NCBI GenBank assembly: GCA_026706665.1
Contig: JAPOYI010000114.1
Coordinates: 7,268 to 71,267, forward strand
Origin: Gammaproteobacteria bacterium
GTDB lineage: Bacteria; Pseudomonadota; Gammaproteobacteria; Pseudomonadales; Azotimanducaceae
Direction: 5' to 3'
DNA length: 64,000 nt
The translations under genes and the position numbers were made by a program. Below are positions 1 through 9,508 of the stretch, in pieces (within the stretch, counting starts at the first letter, position 1; each line of letters begins with the position of its first letter). The notes beneath the pieces were generated by a model. That model was not told the origin of the DNA. It searched no databases and worked only from the letters and a program-made list of their open reading frames with translations.

Positions 1-6
1 GATTTC

Positions 7-1284
7 CTACAGAATGTCCAGAGCGGCACCGATGGCCGACGTCAGGCGAGTCAGATCCTCGGCGCAGGTGACGTATGGCGGCATCAGGTAGATGAGATCG
101 TTGAAGGGGCGGATCCACACGCCCCGCTCCACGAAGGCGCCCTGCATCTCCGCCACTGGAACGGGCTGGTGCGTCTGCACCACGCCGATGGCGCCGAAGA
201 CCCGGATGTCGCTTACTGCCGGGTGCTCCCGCAAGCCGCCGAGTTCCCGCCGAAGCTGACCCTCGATGGCGCCAACCCATGACGTCCAGGGACATTCCTG
301 CAGCAATTCAATGCTCCTCCGCGCTACCGCGCACGCCAGCGGATTGGCCATGAACGTGGGCCCGTGCATCAGCACGCCGCCGTCGGCGGATATGCCATTG
401 GCCACCCGGGCGTTGGTGAGTGTCGCCGCGAGGCCCATGTAACCCCCGGTCAGTGCCTTGCCGAGACACATGATGTCGGGGCCGACCTGGGCGTGCTCGC
501 ATGCGAAGAGGCGTCCGGTCCGGCCGAATCCGGTGGCGATTTCGTCCGCGATGAGCAGCACGTCCAGTTCGGCGCATAGCTCCGCTACCCGAGCCAGGTA
601 TTCCGGGGAGTAGAACCACATCCCGCCGGCGCCCTGCACGACCGGTTCCAGGATCATGGCCGCCAGTTCGTGGCGGTGGTCGGTCAGGGCCGTTTCGATC
701 CGTCGCGCATCCTCGCTCGATAGCGCCTCGCCAACCCTTGAGACCGGCCGCTCGACGAAGATGTGCTGCGGCAGCACACGGCGAAACCGATCATGCATCC
801 CGGTGACCGGGTCGCAGACGCTCATGGCGCCGAAGGTGTCGCCGTGGTAGCCGCCCCGGATGGTGAGCAGGCGGTGTTTTTCGGGGTGGCCCGTCGCGCC
901 CCAGTACTGGATGGCCATCTTGATGGCGACTTCGACCGACACCGAGCCGGAGTCGGAGAAGAAGACGTGTCGCAGGCCGTCCGGCGTGATGTCGATCAGC
1001 GTGCGCGCAAGTTCGATCGCCGGTTCGTGGGTCAGGCCCCCGAACATGACGTGGGCGGTCTTTTCCAGCTGTGCCCGGGCAGCCTCGTTCAGTTCCGGAT
1101 GGTTGTAGCCGTGGATGGCGCACCACCAGGACGACATGCCGTCGATCAGTTCGCGCCCGTCGGCGAGACGGATTCGGACACCGTCTGCCGACTCCACCGG
1201 ATACGCGGGCAGCGGGTCCGTCATCGACGTGTAGGGGTGCCAGATATACCGGCGATCGAAGTCGAGGGACGCGCTCAGTCCCAC
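7..1284 (-). CDS. bioA: adenosylmethionine-8-amino-7-oxononanoate aminotransferase (BioA)
   Basis: ORF 7..1353. Class III aminotransferase with a BioA-typical N-terminus (DFDRRYIWHPYTSM), SSWWCAIHGYNHP and the PLP-lysine context CLGKALTGGY. The maximal ORF starts at GTG 1353, but GTG 1284 (MGLSASLDFD) overlaps the bioD stop (GTGGGACTGA) and gives the expected length. Confidence 0.9.
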   Translation of the reverse strand: MGLSASLDFDRRYIWHPYTSMTDPLPAYPVESADGVRIRLADGRELIDGMSSWWCAIHGYNHPELNEAARAQLEKTAHVMFGGLTHEPAIELARTLIDITPDGLRHVFFSDSGSVSVEVAIKMAIQYWGATGHPEKHRLLTIRGGYHGDTFGAMSVCDPVTGMHDRFRRVLPQHIFVERPVSRVGEALSSEDARRIETALTDHRHELAAMILEPVVQGAGGMWFYSPEYLARVAELCAELDVLLIADEIATGFGRTGRLFACEHAQVGPDIMCLGKALTGGYMGLAATLTNARVANGISADGGVLMHGPTFMANPLACAVARRSIELLQECPWTSWVGAIEGQLRRELGGLREHPAVSDIRVFGAIGVVQTHQPVPVAEMQGAFVERGVWIRPFNDLIYLMPPYVTCAEDLTRLTSAIGAALDIL

Positions 1285-1946
1285 AGGAACTCCAGGTCGA
1301 GGTAGGTCACTGCATCTTCCGGACGGTCCAGGCGTGGCACGACGCCAAGGCACGGCCCGGCCAGCCGTTGGCGCAGCGTGTCGATGTTCTCTGCGAGGAA
1401 GGGCATGGGATCCCCGGGGGAGTTTGCTACCCAGCCCGCCAGTTTCAGTCCCGCGCTCTCGATCGCGTCGGCGGTCAGCAGCGCATGGTTCAGGCAGCCG
1501 AGCTTCATGGCGACCACAAGAATAACCTTCGCGCTCAAGGCAGCGCAGACATCCGCGAGCGTCTCCCGTTCATTCAGCGGGACGAGCCAGCCGCCCGCGC
1601 CTTCGACCAGGGTGAATGCCGCGCCCTTGGGACATGCTTCGGCGAGTTCCCTGGCAGTCACAAGACGATCGACCTGTCCCAGGGCGATGTGCGGCGCGAT
1701 CGCCGGACGCAGTACCACCGGATTGATGTCCGCGTAGTCCCGTTCGGTCCCGGCGGCCTCGATGAGTTCCAGAGCGTCTTCGTTGACGAGCGCGCCATCG
1801 CGCGGGGTCGCGCCCGCGGCGATGGGCTTGTAACCGACACATGTGAGGCCATGCGTCCGGGCTGCCCGCAATATCGCCCCCGCGATGAAGGTCTTGCCGA
1901 CACCGGTGTCGGTCCCGGTAACGAAATACACGTTGTCCTGGCCCAT
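1275..1946 (-). CDS. bioD: dethiobiotin synthetase (BioD)
   Basis: C-terminal 224 codons of ORF 1275..2315. An ATG at 1946 gives MGQDNVYFVTGTDTGVGKT (BioD P-loop) followed by VEGAGGWLVP. It lies directly upstream of bioA on the same strand. Confidence 0.85.
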   Translation of the reverse strand: MGQDNVYFVTGTDTGVGKTFIAGAILRAARTHGLTCVGYKPIAAGATPRDGALVNEDALELIEAAGTERDYADINPVVLRPAIAPHIALGQVDRLVTARELAEACPKGAAFTLVEGAGGWLVPLNERETLADVCAALSAKVILVVAMKLGCLNHALLTADAIESAGLKLAGWVANSPGDPMPFLAENIDTLRQRLAGPCLGVVPRLDRPEDAVTYLDLEFLWD

Positions 1947-2039
1947 CGGCGCTCCGGTGGAGGATCTGATGAAGACGAGTGTCTCGATCATACCGCCCGC
2001 CATCACGGATCGGGCAGTCTGTCCGGACACGTTGCTACA

Positions 2040-2822
2040 ATGTTCCCCGAGGGTTCGCCGAAGCCAGAACCGCGCCTTCAAGAGCCGATACCAATGCGAA
2101 GCGTCGAAACAGCAGTCCAGGAAATCAGGGATGTCGGCTACACGGTTATCCCGAATCTCATCGACGGCCGGCGACTGAGGCAGGCGCAGGCCGACGCGGA
2201 TGCGCTTCTCGGGCCGACGCCGATCGAGATGCCGGGCATCGACGGCAAGGTGATCGGGCGAATGTGCAAGGGCCTGTTCCGCAAGTCCCGGGCATTCGAC
2301 GATCTCTACGCCCATCCAACCGTCCTCGCCGTGGTTCGCGGAGTCCTGGTCGATCCGGAACGAAAGCGAGGTTACCTGTCTTTCGGCAGCGGCGTTCAGC
2401 TATCGACGGTCATGATCAAGGACGTGCAGCCGAGGGAGAACATCCGCCACATGCATCGCGACGACGGGTGGTATCCGATTGCCCGCCCGCGCCCGCCCGT
2501 CGTGGTGAACACCCTGCTGGCGCTCGATCCCTTCACCAGGGAGACCGGCGGCACGCTCGTCGTCCCGGGAAGCCACAAGTGGAAGGGGCCGGTGGAGCAG
2601 GATCACGAACACGTCGTGGTGGAAATGGATGCCGGCTCGATCCTCATGTTCGACGGTTCCCTCTGGCACAACAACGGCGCCAACCAGACCGCCGACCGGA
2701 CCCGCCGCGCGCTCAACATGTATTACAGCCAGTCCTGGCTGCGCCAGGTGGAAGGTCCTTACCTGGGTTTGACCACCGATGAGGTGGAGGAACTGCCGGG
2801 AGCGTTGCGGGCCATCGTCTGA
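2040..2822 (+). CDS. phytanoyl-CoA dioxygenase (PhyH) family Fe(II)/2-oxoglutarate oxygenase
   Basis: Only the 3' part of ORF 1071..2822 looks coding; the 5' part is antisense to bioD. PhyH-like features are HRDD (HxD), GGTLVVPGSHKW and LWHNNGAN. The start is ATG 2040 or ATG 2094. Confidence 0.7.
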   Translation: MFPEGSPKPEPRLQEPIPMRSVETAVQEIRDVGYTVIPNLIDGRRLRQAQADADALLGPTPIEMPGIDGKVIGRMCKGLFRKSRAFDDLYAHPTVLAVVRGVLVDPERKRGYLSFGSGVQLSTVMIKDVQPRENIRHMHRDDGWYPIARPRPPVVVNTLLALDPFTRETGGTLVVPGSHKWKGPVEQDHEHVVVEMDAGSILMFDGSLWHNNGANQTADRTRRALNMYYSQSWLRQVEGPYLGLTTDEVEELPGALRAIV

Positions 2823-2840
2823 ACGGCGCGTTGACCTGAC

Positions 2841-3986
2841 TTGAACACGCCCACGACCGCAAGTGGACAGGGGGAACGCCCTCGCAAGCTGTTCATCACG
2901 TCCGACGACCGCACCGGCGCGTTGGAGATTGCCGGCACGGTCGCCAACACGCGCTTCTGGGTGCCCTGCGGCACATCCGCCGACAGCAATGCCTGCTGCG
3001 TCGTCGATATCGGATCGCGGCACCTGGACCCCGAGGCCGCGCAGCGACAGGCGGCGACCGCACACGCGAGGAATGCCCGTTTTCGGTGCCACAAGATCGA
3101 CTCCGGTCTACGGGGCAACTGGCCGTTCGAGGTAAGGGGCCTGTTGCAACTTGGGCATCGGGTAGCCGTGGTGCCGAGCTTCCCCGACGCGGGCCGCCGC
3201 TGCGTTGGCGGCGTCGTGTACGTGGACGATGTTCCGGTGTTGGAGTCCCCGTTTGGCAAGGATCCGCTGACGGCGCCGCGAAGCAGCCGGCCCACGGAGA
3301 TTCTGGAATCCACCGGTTGCGCGGAGGGCGACGTCGTCGTCTGGGATGCCAACGACAACGCCGAACTCGAAGCGGCCGCGCAGCGATGCCGTGAAGAAGG
3401 GCGCGCGATCGTGGGCCCGAGCGGCGCCGTTGCGGCGTACGCCGCCACCGTGTTCCCGGATCTTGTCCCGCGGGAGGTCCCGATCGAGCCCCCGGTCCTG
3501 GTCCTTTGCGGCAGCCTCAACGCCATGAGCCGCGAACAGATTGCGAGACTCGGAGTCCCTGTCGCGACCCTGTCCGACGACACTCAACTGCCGCGAGCTG
3601 GAACTGCGCCCGGCGCGATCACGGTTGTGGCAACGCCAGTCCCGTCTGGTGGCATTTCCAACCGCGAGGCGGAGCGGATGGCCATGGCGATGGCCGGGTG
3701 TGCACACCGCGCCCTGGAGAGTGGCTACGGGCGCGGGACGTTGTTCGTGCTGGGCGGCGACACCGCCGCCGCGATCATTGGCGACGAAACGCTGAACGTG
3801 CTCGGCACCGTAGACACGGCGGTTCCCATATCGCGATTTCGGGATGGGTACCTGGTCACGAAGGGCGGGGGCATCGGCAGGCCTGACACGCTGGCGAAAC
3901 TGCTGGACGGTCTGCTCCGATATGACGCGCGCATCCCCGCCAGGGCGGTGGAAGGCGAGCCCCCGTCCGGGCCCGCAAGACCGTAA
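2841..3986 (+). CDS. four-carbon acid sugar kinase family protein (DUF1537/YgbK-like)
   Basis: N-terminal ITSDDRTGALE (family ADDxTGA-type motif), HKIDSGLRGN, and C-terminal LGGDTAAAI with KGGGIG. The start codon is TTG. Confidence 0.65.
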   Translation: MNTPTTASGQGERPRKLFITSDDRTGALEIAGTVANTRFWVPCGTSADSNACCVVDIGSRHLDPEAAQRQAATAHARNARFRCHKIDSGLRGNWPFEVRGLLQLGHRVAVVPSFPDAGRRCVGGVVYVDDVPVLESPFGKDPLTAPRSSRPTEILESTGCAEGDVVVWDANDNAELEAAAQRCREEGRAIVGPSGAVAAYAATVFPDLVPREVPIEPPVLVLCGSLNAMSREQIARLGVPVATLSDDTQLPRAGTAPGAITVVATPVPSGGISNREAERMAMAMAGCAHRALESGYGRGTLFVLGGDTAAAIIGDETLNVLGTVDTAVPISRFRDGYLVTKGGGIGRPDTLAKLLDGLLRYDARIPARAVEGEPPSGPARP

Positions 3987-3989
3987 CGT

Positions 3990-4907
3990 TCAGGCCATCA
4001 ATCCCTCGATATGCGCAGCCGCGCTGCGCGAAAGCGCTCCGAGGTGGTAGCCGCCCTCCAGCATCGAGACGATGCGCCCGTCCGCGTGGCGGTTCGCGGC
4101 ATCCGTGATCAGGCCCGTCACCCAGGCGTAGTCCTCCTCGGTCAAGAGGAGTCCCGCGAGAGGATCGTCCGCGTGGCCGTCGAATCCGGCGGAAACAAGG
4201 ATGAGTTCGGGCTTGAAATCGTCGAGGGCGGGCAACCAGTCGCTTTCCAGGGCTTTTCGGAAATCGGCGCCGAGCGTGCCGGCGGGCAGCGGCGTGTTGA
4301 CGATATTGGGTCGGTCGAGGTCCTGTAGCCGGTAGGGATAGAACGGGAACTGGAAGCTGGAGCAGACCAGGACGTCGGGGTTGTCCATGAAGGCCGCCAC
4401 GGTGCCGTTGCCGTGATGTACATCGAAATCGAGGATGGCGACCCGGTCGACGGCAGGATGACTCAGTGCCCGAGCAGCGGCCACCGCGATGCTGTTGAAG
4501 AAGCAGAATCCCATCGCCCGGGACACCTCGGCGTGATGTCCCGGCGGCCGTACGGCGCAGAATACGCGCTTGTCCGCATCGCTCAAGACCAGTTCGACGC
4601 CCGCCACAGCAGCGCCCGTCGCCGTGCGTGCGGCGCGGAGCGAACCGGGGCTCATCGCGGTGTCCGGATCGACGCGCACGAGACCCTCCTCCGGGGAGAG
4701 TTCCTCGAGCCCGTCGAGGAAGGCTTCGCCGTGCACGCGCGCCAGGTCGGTTCGCCGCGCTTCCGGTGCTTCGTGCACGTCGAGATCGGAATAGAGCCCC
4801 GTTTCGTCGAGGTGCGTCAGCACGGCGGCGAGCCGTGCCGGACGCTCCGGGTGGCGTTCGCCCATGTCGTGTTCGAGACAATTCAAGTGGGTAAGAAGCG
4901 CCGTCAT
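3990..4907 (-). CDS. histone deacetylase family protein (acetoin utilisation / acetylpolyamine amidohydrolase-like)
   Basis: RPPGHHA, DFDVHHGNGT, SAGFDGHADDP and EGGY motifs of the zinc deacetylase superfamily. Confidence 0.85.
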   Translation of the reverse strand: MTALLTHLNCLEHDMGERHPERPARLAAVLTHLDETGLYSDLDVHEAPEARRTDLARVHGEAFLDGLEELSPEEGLVRVDPDTAMSPGSLRAARTATGAAVAGVELVLSDADKRVFCAVRPPGHHAEVSRAMGFCFFNSIAVAAARALSHPAVDRVAILDFDVHHGNGTVAAFMDNPDVLVCSSFQFPFYPYRLQDLDRPNIVNTPLPAGTLGADFRKALESDWLPALDDFKPELILVSAGFDGHADDPLAGLLLTEEDYAWVTGLITDAANRHADGRIVSMLEGGYHLGALSRSAAAHIEGLMA

Positions 4908-5032
4908 GCGAGTGCTAATGGAAGTCTACGGATATTCACCGTCATTCTACCGGCCCGGATTCGGATTCATGCGGAAAGTCCTCTCCCGACCGGGTACAGT
5001 GTGCGCCCGGCCCGTGACGTCGAGGAAGGACC

Positions 5033-6436
5033 ATGACCGCGCCGTATCCCGCCCACCCCCAACTGGTCGGAAACTACGCGCCGATTCGCATGGAGTGCGA
5101 CATCGACGACGTGATCGTTCGCGGCGAACTGCCCGGCGATCTCGACATCACCTACTACCGCAACGGTCCCGACCCGCAGTTTCCGCCCCGCGGAGGCCAC
5201 CACTGGTTTGCCGGCGACGGAATGCTCCACATGTTTCACATCCGGGACGGCCGGGTGCGGTACCGGAACCGTTGGGCGCGCACGGTGAAATGGACCCTGG
5301 AGAGGCGCGAGGGGCGCAGCCTCTACAACGCCTTCAACCCGCTGGAAAACGATCCGGTCACGCAGGGGGTGACGGAGGATGGCCTCGCCAACACCAATGT
5401 CGTCTGGCATGGCGGCAGGCTGCTGGCGCTCGAGGAGGGACATGCGCCCTTCGAGATCGATCCGCTGACGCTCGACTCCATCGGTACCTGGCGCTTCGAC
5501 GATCGGCTGAAAGGGCCGATGACCGCCCACCCCAAGATCGACCCGAAGACCGGCGAGATGCTGTTTTTCGGTTACATGGCAGCGGGCATCTTCACACCCG
5601 ACATGAGCTACCAGGCAGTTGACGCCACCGGTGAACTCACGCGTTCGGAATGCTTCGCCGCGCCGTTTGCCAGCATGGTGCACGACTTCATCGTGACCGA
5701 CGAGCATGTCGTCTTTCCGATTTTCCCGGTCACGGGCAGCCTTGAGCGCGCCATGCGCGGCGAGCCGCCCTTTGCCTGGGACCCTGACAAGGGCACCCAC
5801 ATCGGCGTCATGCGGCGCGACGGTTCGGTCGAGAGCATGCGCTGGTACGAGACGGACCCCTGCTACGTGTTCCATCCCATGAACGCCTACAGCGACGGCA
5901 GCCGCATCGTGGCGCACGTCATGCAGTTCGAGGAGGTGCCCCTGTTCCCCCGTGTCGACGGCAGTCCGACGGCGCCGGGAAAAGCGCGTCTTGCGGAGTG
6001 GACCATCGACCTTGCCGACAACGCGAACGGCGTGCACCGCCGCTATCTCGACGATGTGGGTGGCGAGTTCCCGCGCCTGGACGAACGCTTCGCCTGCGGC
6101 CGCTATCGGCACGGCTTCTATGCAGCGTCGATAAACGGCGCGAGGGAGGTCGCAGACTTCAATGCCATCGTCCACCACGATTTCTCGCTGGACCGGCGCG
6201 ACGAGTACATGCTCCCCGACGGCGACGTCACGGGCGAACCCGTGTTCGTGCCGAAGTCGGGGGATGCGGAGGAGGGCGACGGCTACGTGTTGAGCGTGGT
6301 GTACCGCGCCGCCGAGAACCGCAGCGACCTGGTCGTTCTCGATGCGGGCAACGTCGCGGATGGACCTGTCGCCTGCGCGGAACTGCCCCATCGCGTGCCC
6401 TACGGGTTCCACGGCAACTGGAAGTACAACGCGTAG
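5033..6436 (+). CDS. carotenoid oxygenase family protein (carotenoid/apocarotenoid or stilbene cleavage dioxygenase)
   Basis: Full-length CCD-like sequence with the four-His pattern (HHWFAGDGMLH, MVHDF, FHPMNAY, GFHGNW). Confidence 0.85.
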   Translation: MTAPYPAHPQLVGNYAPIRMECDIDDVIVRGELPGDLDITYYRNGPDPQFPPRGGHHWFAGDGMLHMFHIRDGRVRYRNRWARTVKWTLERREGRSLYNAFNPLENDPVTQGVTEDGLANTNVVWHGGRLLALEEGHAPFEIDPLTLDSIGTWRFDDRLKGPMTAHPKIDPKTGEMLFFGYMAAGIFTPDMSYQAVDATGELTRSECFAAPFASMVHDFIVTDEHVVFPIFPVTGSLERAMRGEPPFAWDPDKGTHIGVMRRDGSVESMRWYETDPCYVFHPMNAYSDGSRIVAHVMQFEEVPLFPRVDGSPTAPGKARLAEWTIDLADNANGVHRRYLDDVGGEFPRLDERFACGRYRHGFYAASINGAREVADFNAIVHHDFSLDRRDEYMLPDGDVTGEPVFVPKSGDAEEGDGYVLSVVYRAAENRSDLVVLDAGNVADGPVACAELPHRVPYGFHGNWKYNA

Positions 6437-6502
6437 AAAGGGAACGCGCGGGCGCCATTGACCATTGACGCCGGCCCGATTCACGGCCCGCGTCGTCGTT
6501 GG

Positions 6503-7117
6503 CTACTCGAAATGCGCCAGCGGCAGGAACTCCTCGAAAGTCAGCCGAAGGCCTTCAACTGCGGTGGAGACGATCTCCTCCGCCCAGGCCACGGTCCGGG
6601 AATGGCCATAGCGGCCGGAAGACGGTGCCCTGTAGATCGTGACCTGCTTCTTTCCCACATCGACCAGCCACACTTCGGCGACGCCGGCGGCAGCGTAGCG
6701 CGGGACCTTTTGCTCGCGGTCAAAGTCGAGCGACGAGTCGGCTACTTCGATCGCTAACAGGGTGTCGGCCGGCCTCGGGTGGCGCAGCAGGTAGTGGCGA
6801 GGATCAGGCTTCACGACCGCCAGATCGGGTTCCGGCTGGGTGTGATTCGATAGCCGCACGGATGACTGGACACGCAGCTTCGCCGCATCGCCCAGGCGCA
6901 AGAACAGGATCTCGGCCAGCCGGTTCACGATGCCCGTGTGCGCGGGGCCCATTGGCGGCATTTCGATGAGCTCCCCATCGATGAGCTCCACGCGGTCGTC
7001 GGCTGTCAGGATTCCCGCCGAACACATTTGATCGAAATCATCGGCGGTCAGGCGACGGCGAACTGGTTTGGCGACCAATGGCGTTTCCTGGAGAGTTGGC
7101 CGAGGCGTCGCGATCAT
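6503..7117 (-). CDS. Uma2 family (DUF820) putative endonuclease
   Basis: ELIDGELIEMPPMGPAHT, PEPDLAVV and LAIEVADSS..D...K...YAAAGVAEVWLVD match the Uma2 PD-(D/E)xK pattern. ATG 7117 (MIATPRP) is preferred over the maximal ORF start at 7240. Confidence 0.75.
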   Translation of the reverse strand: MIATPRPTLQETPLVAKPVRRRLTADDFDQMCSAGILTADDRVELIDGELIEMPPMGPAHTGIVNRLAEILFLRLGDAAKLRVQSSVRLSNHTQPEPDLAVVKPDPRHYLLRHPRPADTLLAIEVADSSLDFDREQKVPRYAAAGVAEVWLVDVGKKQVTIYRAPSSGRYGHSRTVAWAEEIVSTAVEGLRLTFEEFLPLAHFE

Positions 7118-7268
7118 AGCAAATCCGCCGTGCTTTCCTCGTGCGTCTGCCGCACGACCGGGCGCAGTACCTGTACATCGTGGGCCGTCGATGCGATGTA
7201 GCACATCGACGGCAATTCGCGTGGGAGATCGTCCGATCATGACGGTGGTCGCCCGAACCGGATGCGAA

Positions 7269-8366
7269 TCAGCTCTTCGGCTGGAGCGGTCCGGCGGCCG
7301 GGTCCCTGCGCGGGTCGAAAGCGTCGCGCACCGCCTCTCCGGTGAAGATCAGGAGCGTCAGCATGGTCGCGAGCGTGAAGAACGTGGTCATGACCAGCCA
7401 GGGCGCGTGGATGTTGGCCCGGCCCTGCGCCAGCAGGCGGCCGAGCGACGGCGAGTCCGACGGCAGGCCGAAGCCCAGGAAATCGAGCGACGTGAGCACG
7501 GTGATCGACCCGGTCAGGATGAAGGGCAGGAAGGTGATGGTCGCCACCATGGCGTTCGGGAGCACGTGCCGGACCATGATCCTGGGGTCGCTGACGCCAA
7601 GCGCCCGGGCGGCATCGATGTACTGGAAGTTCCGCGCGCGGAGGAACTCCGCCCGCACGACCGCCACGAGGGCCATCCAGCTGAAGGCGACGAGAATCCC
7701 CAGCAGCCAGAACACGTTGGACTCGACGATACTCGCGAGGATGATGAGTATGAACAGCACTGGAAGCCCCGCCCAGATCTCGACGAACCGCTGGGCGAAG
7801 AGGTCGATCTTGCCCCCGAAATAACCCTGGACGCCGCCGGCGCACACGCCGATGATCGAGCTCAGGAACGTCAGGACCAGGCCGAACAGGAACGACAGCC
7901 GGGCGCCGTAGATGAGGGAAGCGAGTACGTCCTTGCCGACGTTGTCGGTCCCCAGATAGTGCTCCTTCGATGGCGGATAGGGGGCGGTGCCGGGCAGGTA
8001 GTAGTCGATGGTGTCATAGCTGAATTCAATCGGCGGCCAGAGCCACCAGCCGCCCTTGTCGTAGATGAGATCCTTGACGAAGTCCTCCTTGTAGTCTGCC
8101 TCGACCTTGAACACACCACCGAACTCCGTCTCGGCGTACTTCTTGAAGATCGGGAAGTAGAAGCGGTCCTCGTAGTAGATCACCAGCGGCTTGTCGTTGG
8201 CGATGAACTCCGCGAAGAGCGTAAAGATGAACAGCGCGAGGAATATGCGAAGCGACCAGTACCCGCGCTTGTTGGCGCGGAAATTCGCCCACCTGCGCCT
8301 GGTGAGGGGACTGGCTTGCCAGCGTTGGGGGGCATCGGCGCCCGCCGCGATAGTTGCTTCACCCAC
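7269..8366 (-). CDS. yejE: ABC transporter permease, YejE-like (peptide/microcin C type)
   Basis: N-terminal RRWANFRANKRGYWSL, a long periplasmic loop, HYLGTDNVGKDV and the BPD permease core. Confidence 0.8.
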   Translation of the reverse strand: MGEATIAAGADAPQRWQASPLTRRRWANFRANKRGYWSLRIFLALFIFTLFAEFIANDKPLVIYYEDRFYFPIFKKYAETEFGGVFKVEADYKEDFVKDLIYDKGGWWLWPPIEFSYDTIDYYLPGTAPYPPSKEHYLGTDNVGKDVLASLIYGARLSFLFGLVLTFLSSIIGVCAGGVQGYFGGKIDLFAQRFVEIWAGLPVLFILIILASIVESNVFWLLGILVAFSWMALVAVVRAEFLRARNFQYIDAARALGVSDPRIMVRHVLPNAMVATITFLPFILTGSITVLTSLDFLGFGLPSDSPSLGRLLAQGRANIHAPWLVMTTFFTLATMLTLLIFTGEAVRDAFDPRRDPAAGPLQPKS

Positions 8367-8368
8367 GG

Positions 8369-9490
8369 CTACGTTCCCCTCGTCTCGAAGTCTATTCGGG
8401 GATCCACGAACGTGTAGACGAGGTCGGCGATAAGCTGCGTCACGAGGCCGAGCAGGGTGAACACGAAGAGCGTGCCGAACACGATCGGGTAGTCCCGCGA
8501 CATGATGGCCTCGAATCCAAGCAGGCCTATGCCCCGGAGCGAGAAGATGACCTCGATCAGGATGCCGCCGGTAAAGAGTATGCCGAGCAATGCCGCCGGG
8601 AAACCGGCGATGACGATGAGCATGGCGTTACGGAATACGTGGCCGTAAAGCACGCGTGCCGGTGTCATGCCCTTCGACCTGGCGGTGAGAACATACTGCT
8701 TGTTGATCTCGTCCAGGAAAGAGTTCTTGGTCAGCATGGTTAGCGTTGCGAAACTCCCGAAGGTGAGGGCGGCGACGGGCATGGCGAGGTGATGGAGCCG
8801 GTCCTTGACCTGATCCCAGAACGTGAGCTCCGAGTAGTTGTCCGATATCAGTCCGCGTAATGGGAACCAGTCGAAGTATTCGCCGCCGCAGAACAGGATG
8901 ATGAGCAGCATTGCCAGGATGAACGCCGGGATCGCGTAGCCGACGAGGATCACGACGCTGGTCCAGACATCGAACGGCGTGCCGTCGGAGACCGCCTTGC
9001 GTATGCCGAGCGGCAGCGAAATCGTGTAGGTGATGAGCAGCGCCGAGATACCCAGCGACAGCGACACGGGCAACCGCTCTATCACGAGGTCGACCACCGG
9101 AACGTCCTGGTAGAAGCTGTCGCCGAAGTCGAACGAGAAGTAGTCCCGCAGCATGTTGAAGAAGCGGACGTGCGCCGGCTTGTCGAAGCCGAACTGTTTT
9201 TCCAGTTCCTTGATGAGTTCCGGGTCGATCCCCCGCGCGAACTCGTAGCTGCTCGGGTTGCCCGCTTCCATGCCGCCGGGAGCGCCGCCTCCGCCGCCGA
9301 TCATGGCGGTTGCGGCCACGCCCTCGCCCTGCAGCCGGGCGATGGCCTGGTCGACCGGGCCTCCGGGCGCCGCCTGGATGATGACGAAGTTCACCAGCAT
9401 GATGCCGATCAGGGTCGGCAGCATCAGCGCGAGCCTGCGGGTGATGTAGGACGAGGCGATCCTGATCGCGAATTGCCGGACTTTCTGCAT
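8369..9490 (-). CDS. yejB: ABC transporter permease, YejB-like
   Basis: SYITRRLALMLPTLIGIMLVNFVIIQAAPGGPV and the permease core. There is a 2-nt gap to the downstream permease gene. Confidence 0.8.
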   Translation of the reverse strand: MQKVRQFAIRIASSYITRRLALMLPTLIGIMLVNFVIIQAAPGGPVDQAIARLQGEGVAATAMIGGGGGAPGGMEAGNPSSYEFARGIDPELIKELEKQFGFDKPAHVRFFNMLRDYFSFDFGDSFYQDVPVVDLVIERLPVSLSLGISALLITYTISLPLGIRKAVSDGTPFDVWTSVVILVGYAIPAFILAMLLIILFCGGEYFDWFPLRGLISDNYSELTFWDQVKDRLHHLAMPVAALTFGSFATLTMLTKNSFLDEINKQYVLTARSKGMTPARVLYGHVFRNAMLIVIAGFPAALLGILFTGGILIEVIFSLRGIGLLGFEAIMSRDYPIVFGTLFVFTLLGLVTQLIADLVYTFVDPRIDFETRGT

Positions 9491-9508
9491 GCCTGGAAAC
9501 GATCCTCG

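Noticed and set aside
1071-2039. 5' two-thirds of the 583-aa ORF 1071..2822.
   Set aside because: This part is antisense to bioA and bioD and has an Arg-rich nonsense composition. Only the part from ATG 2040/2094 onward matches the PhyH family.
4967-6484. 505-aa minus-strand ORF overlapping the carotenoid oxygenase gene. Similar cases occur at 7068..8417, 25367..26503, 31188..33080, 33667..34953, 35017..36300, 38824..39993 and 59306..61195.
   Set aside because: Each is antisense to a gene with clear family signatures, and none has recognisable domains. They are GC-driven open frames.
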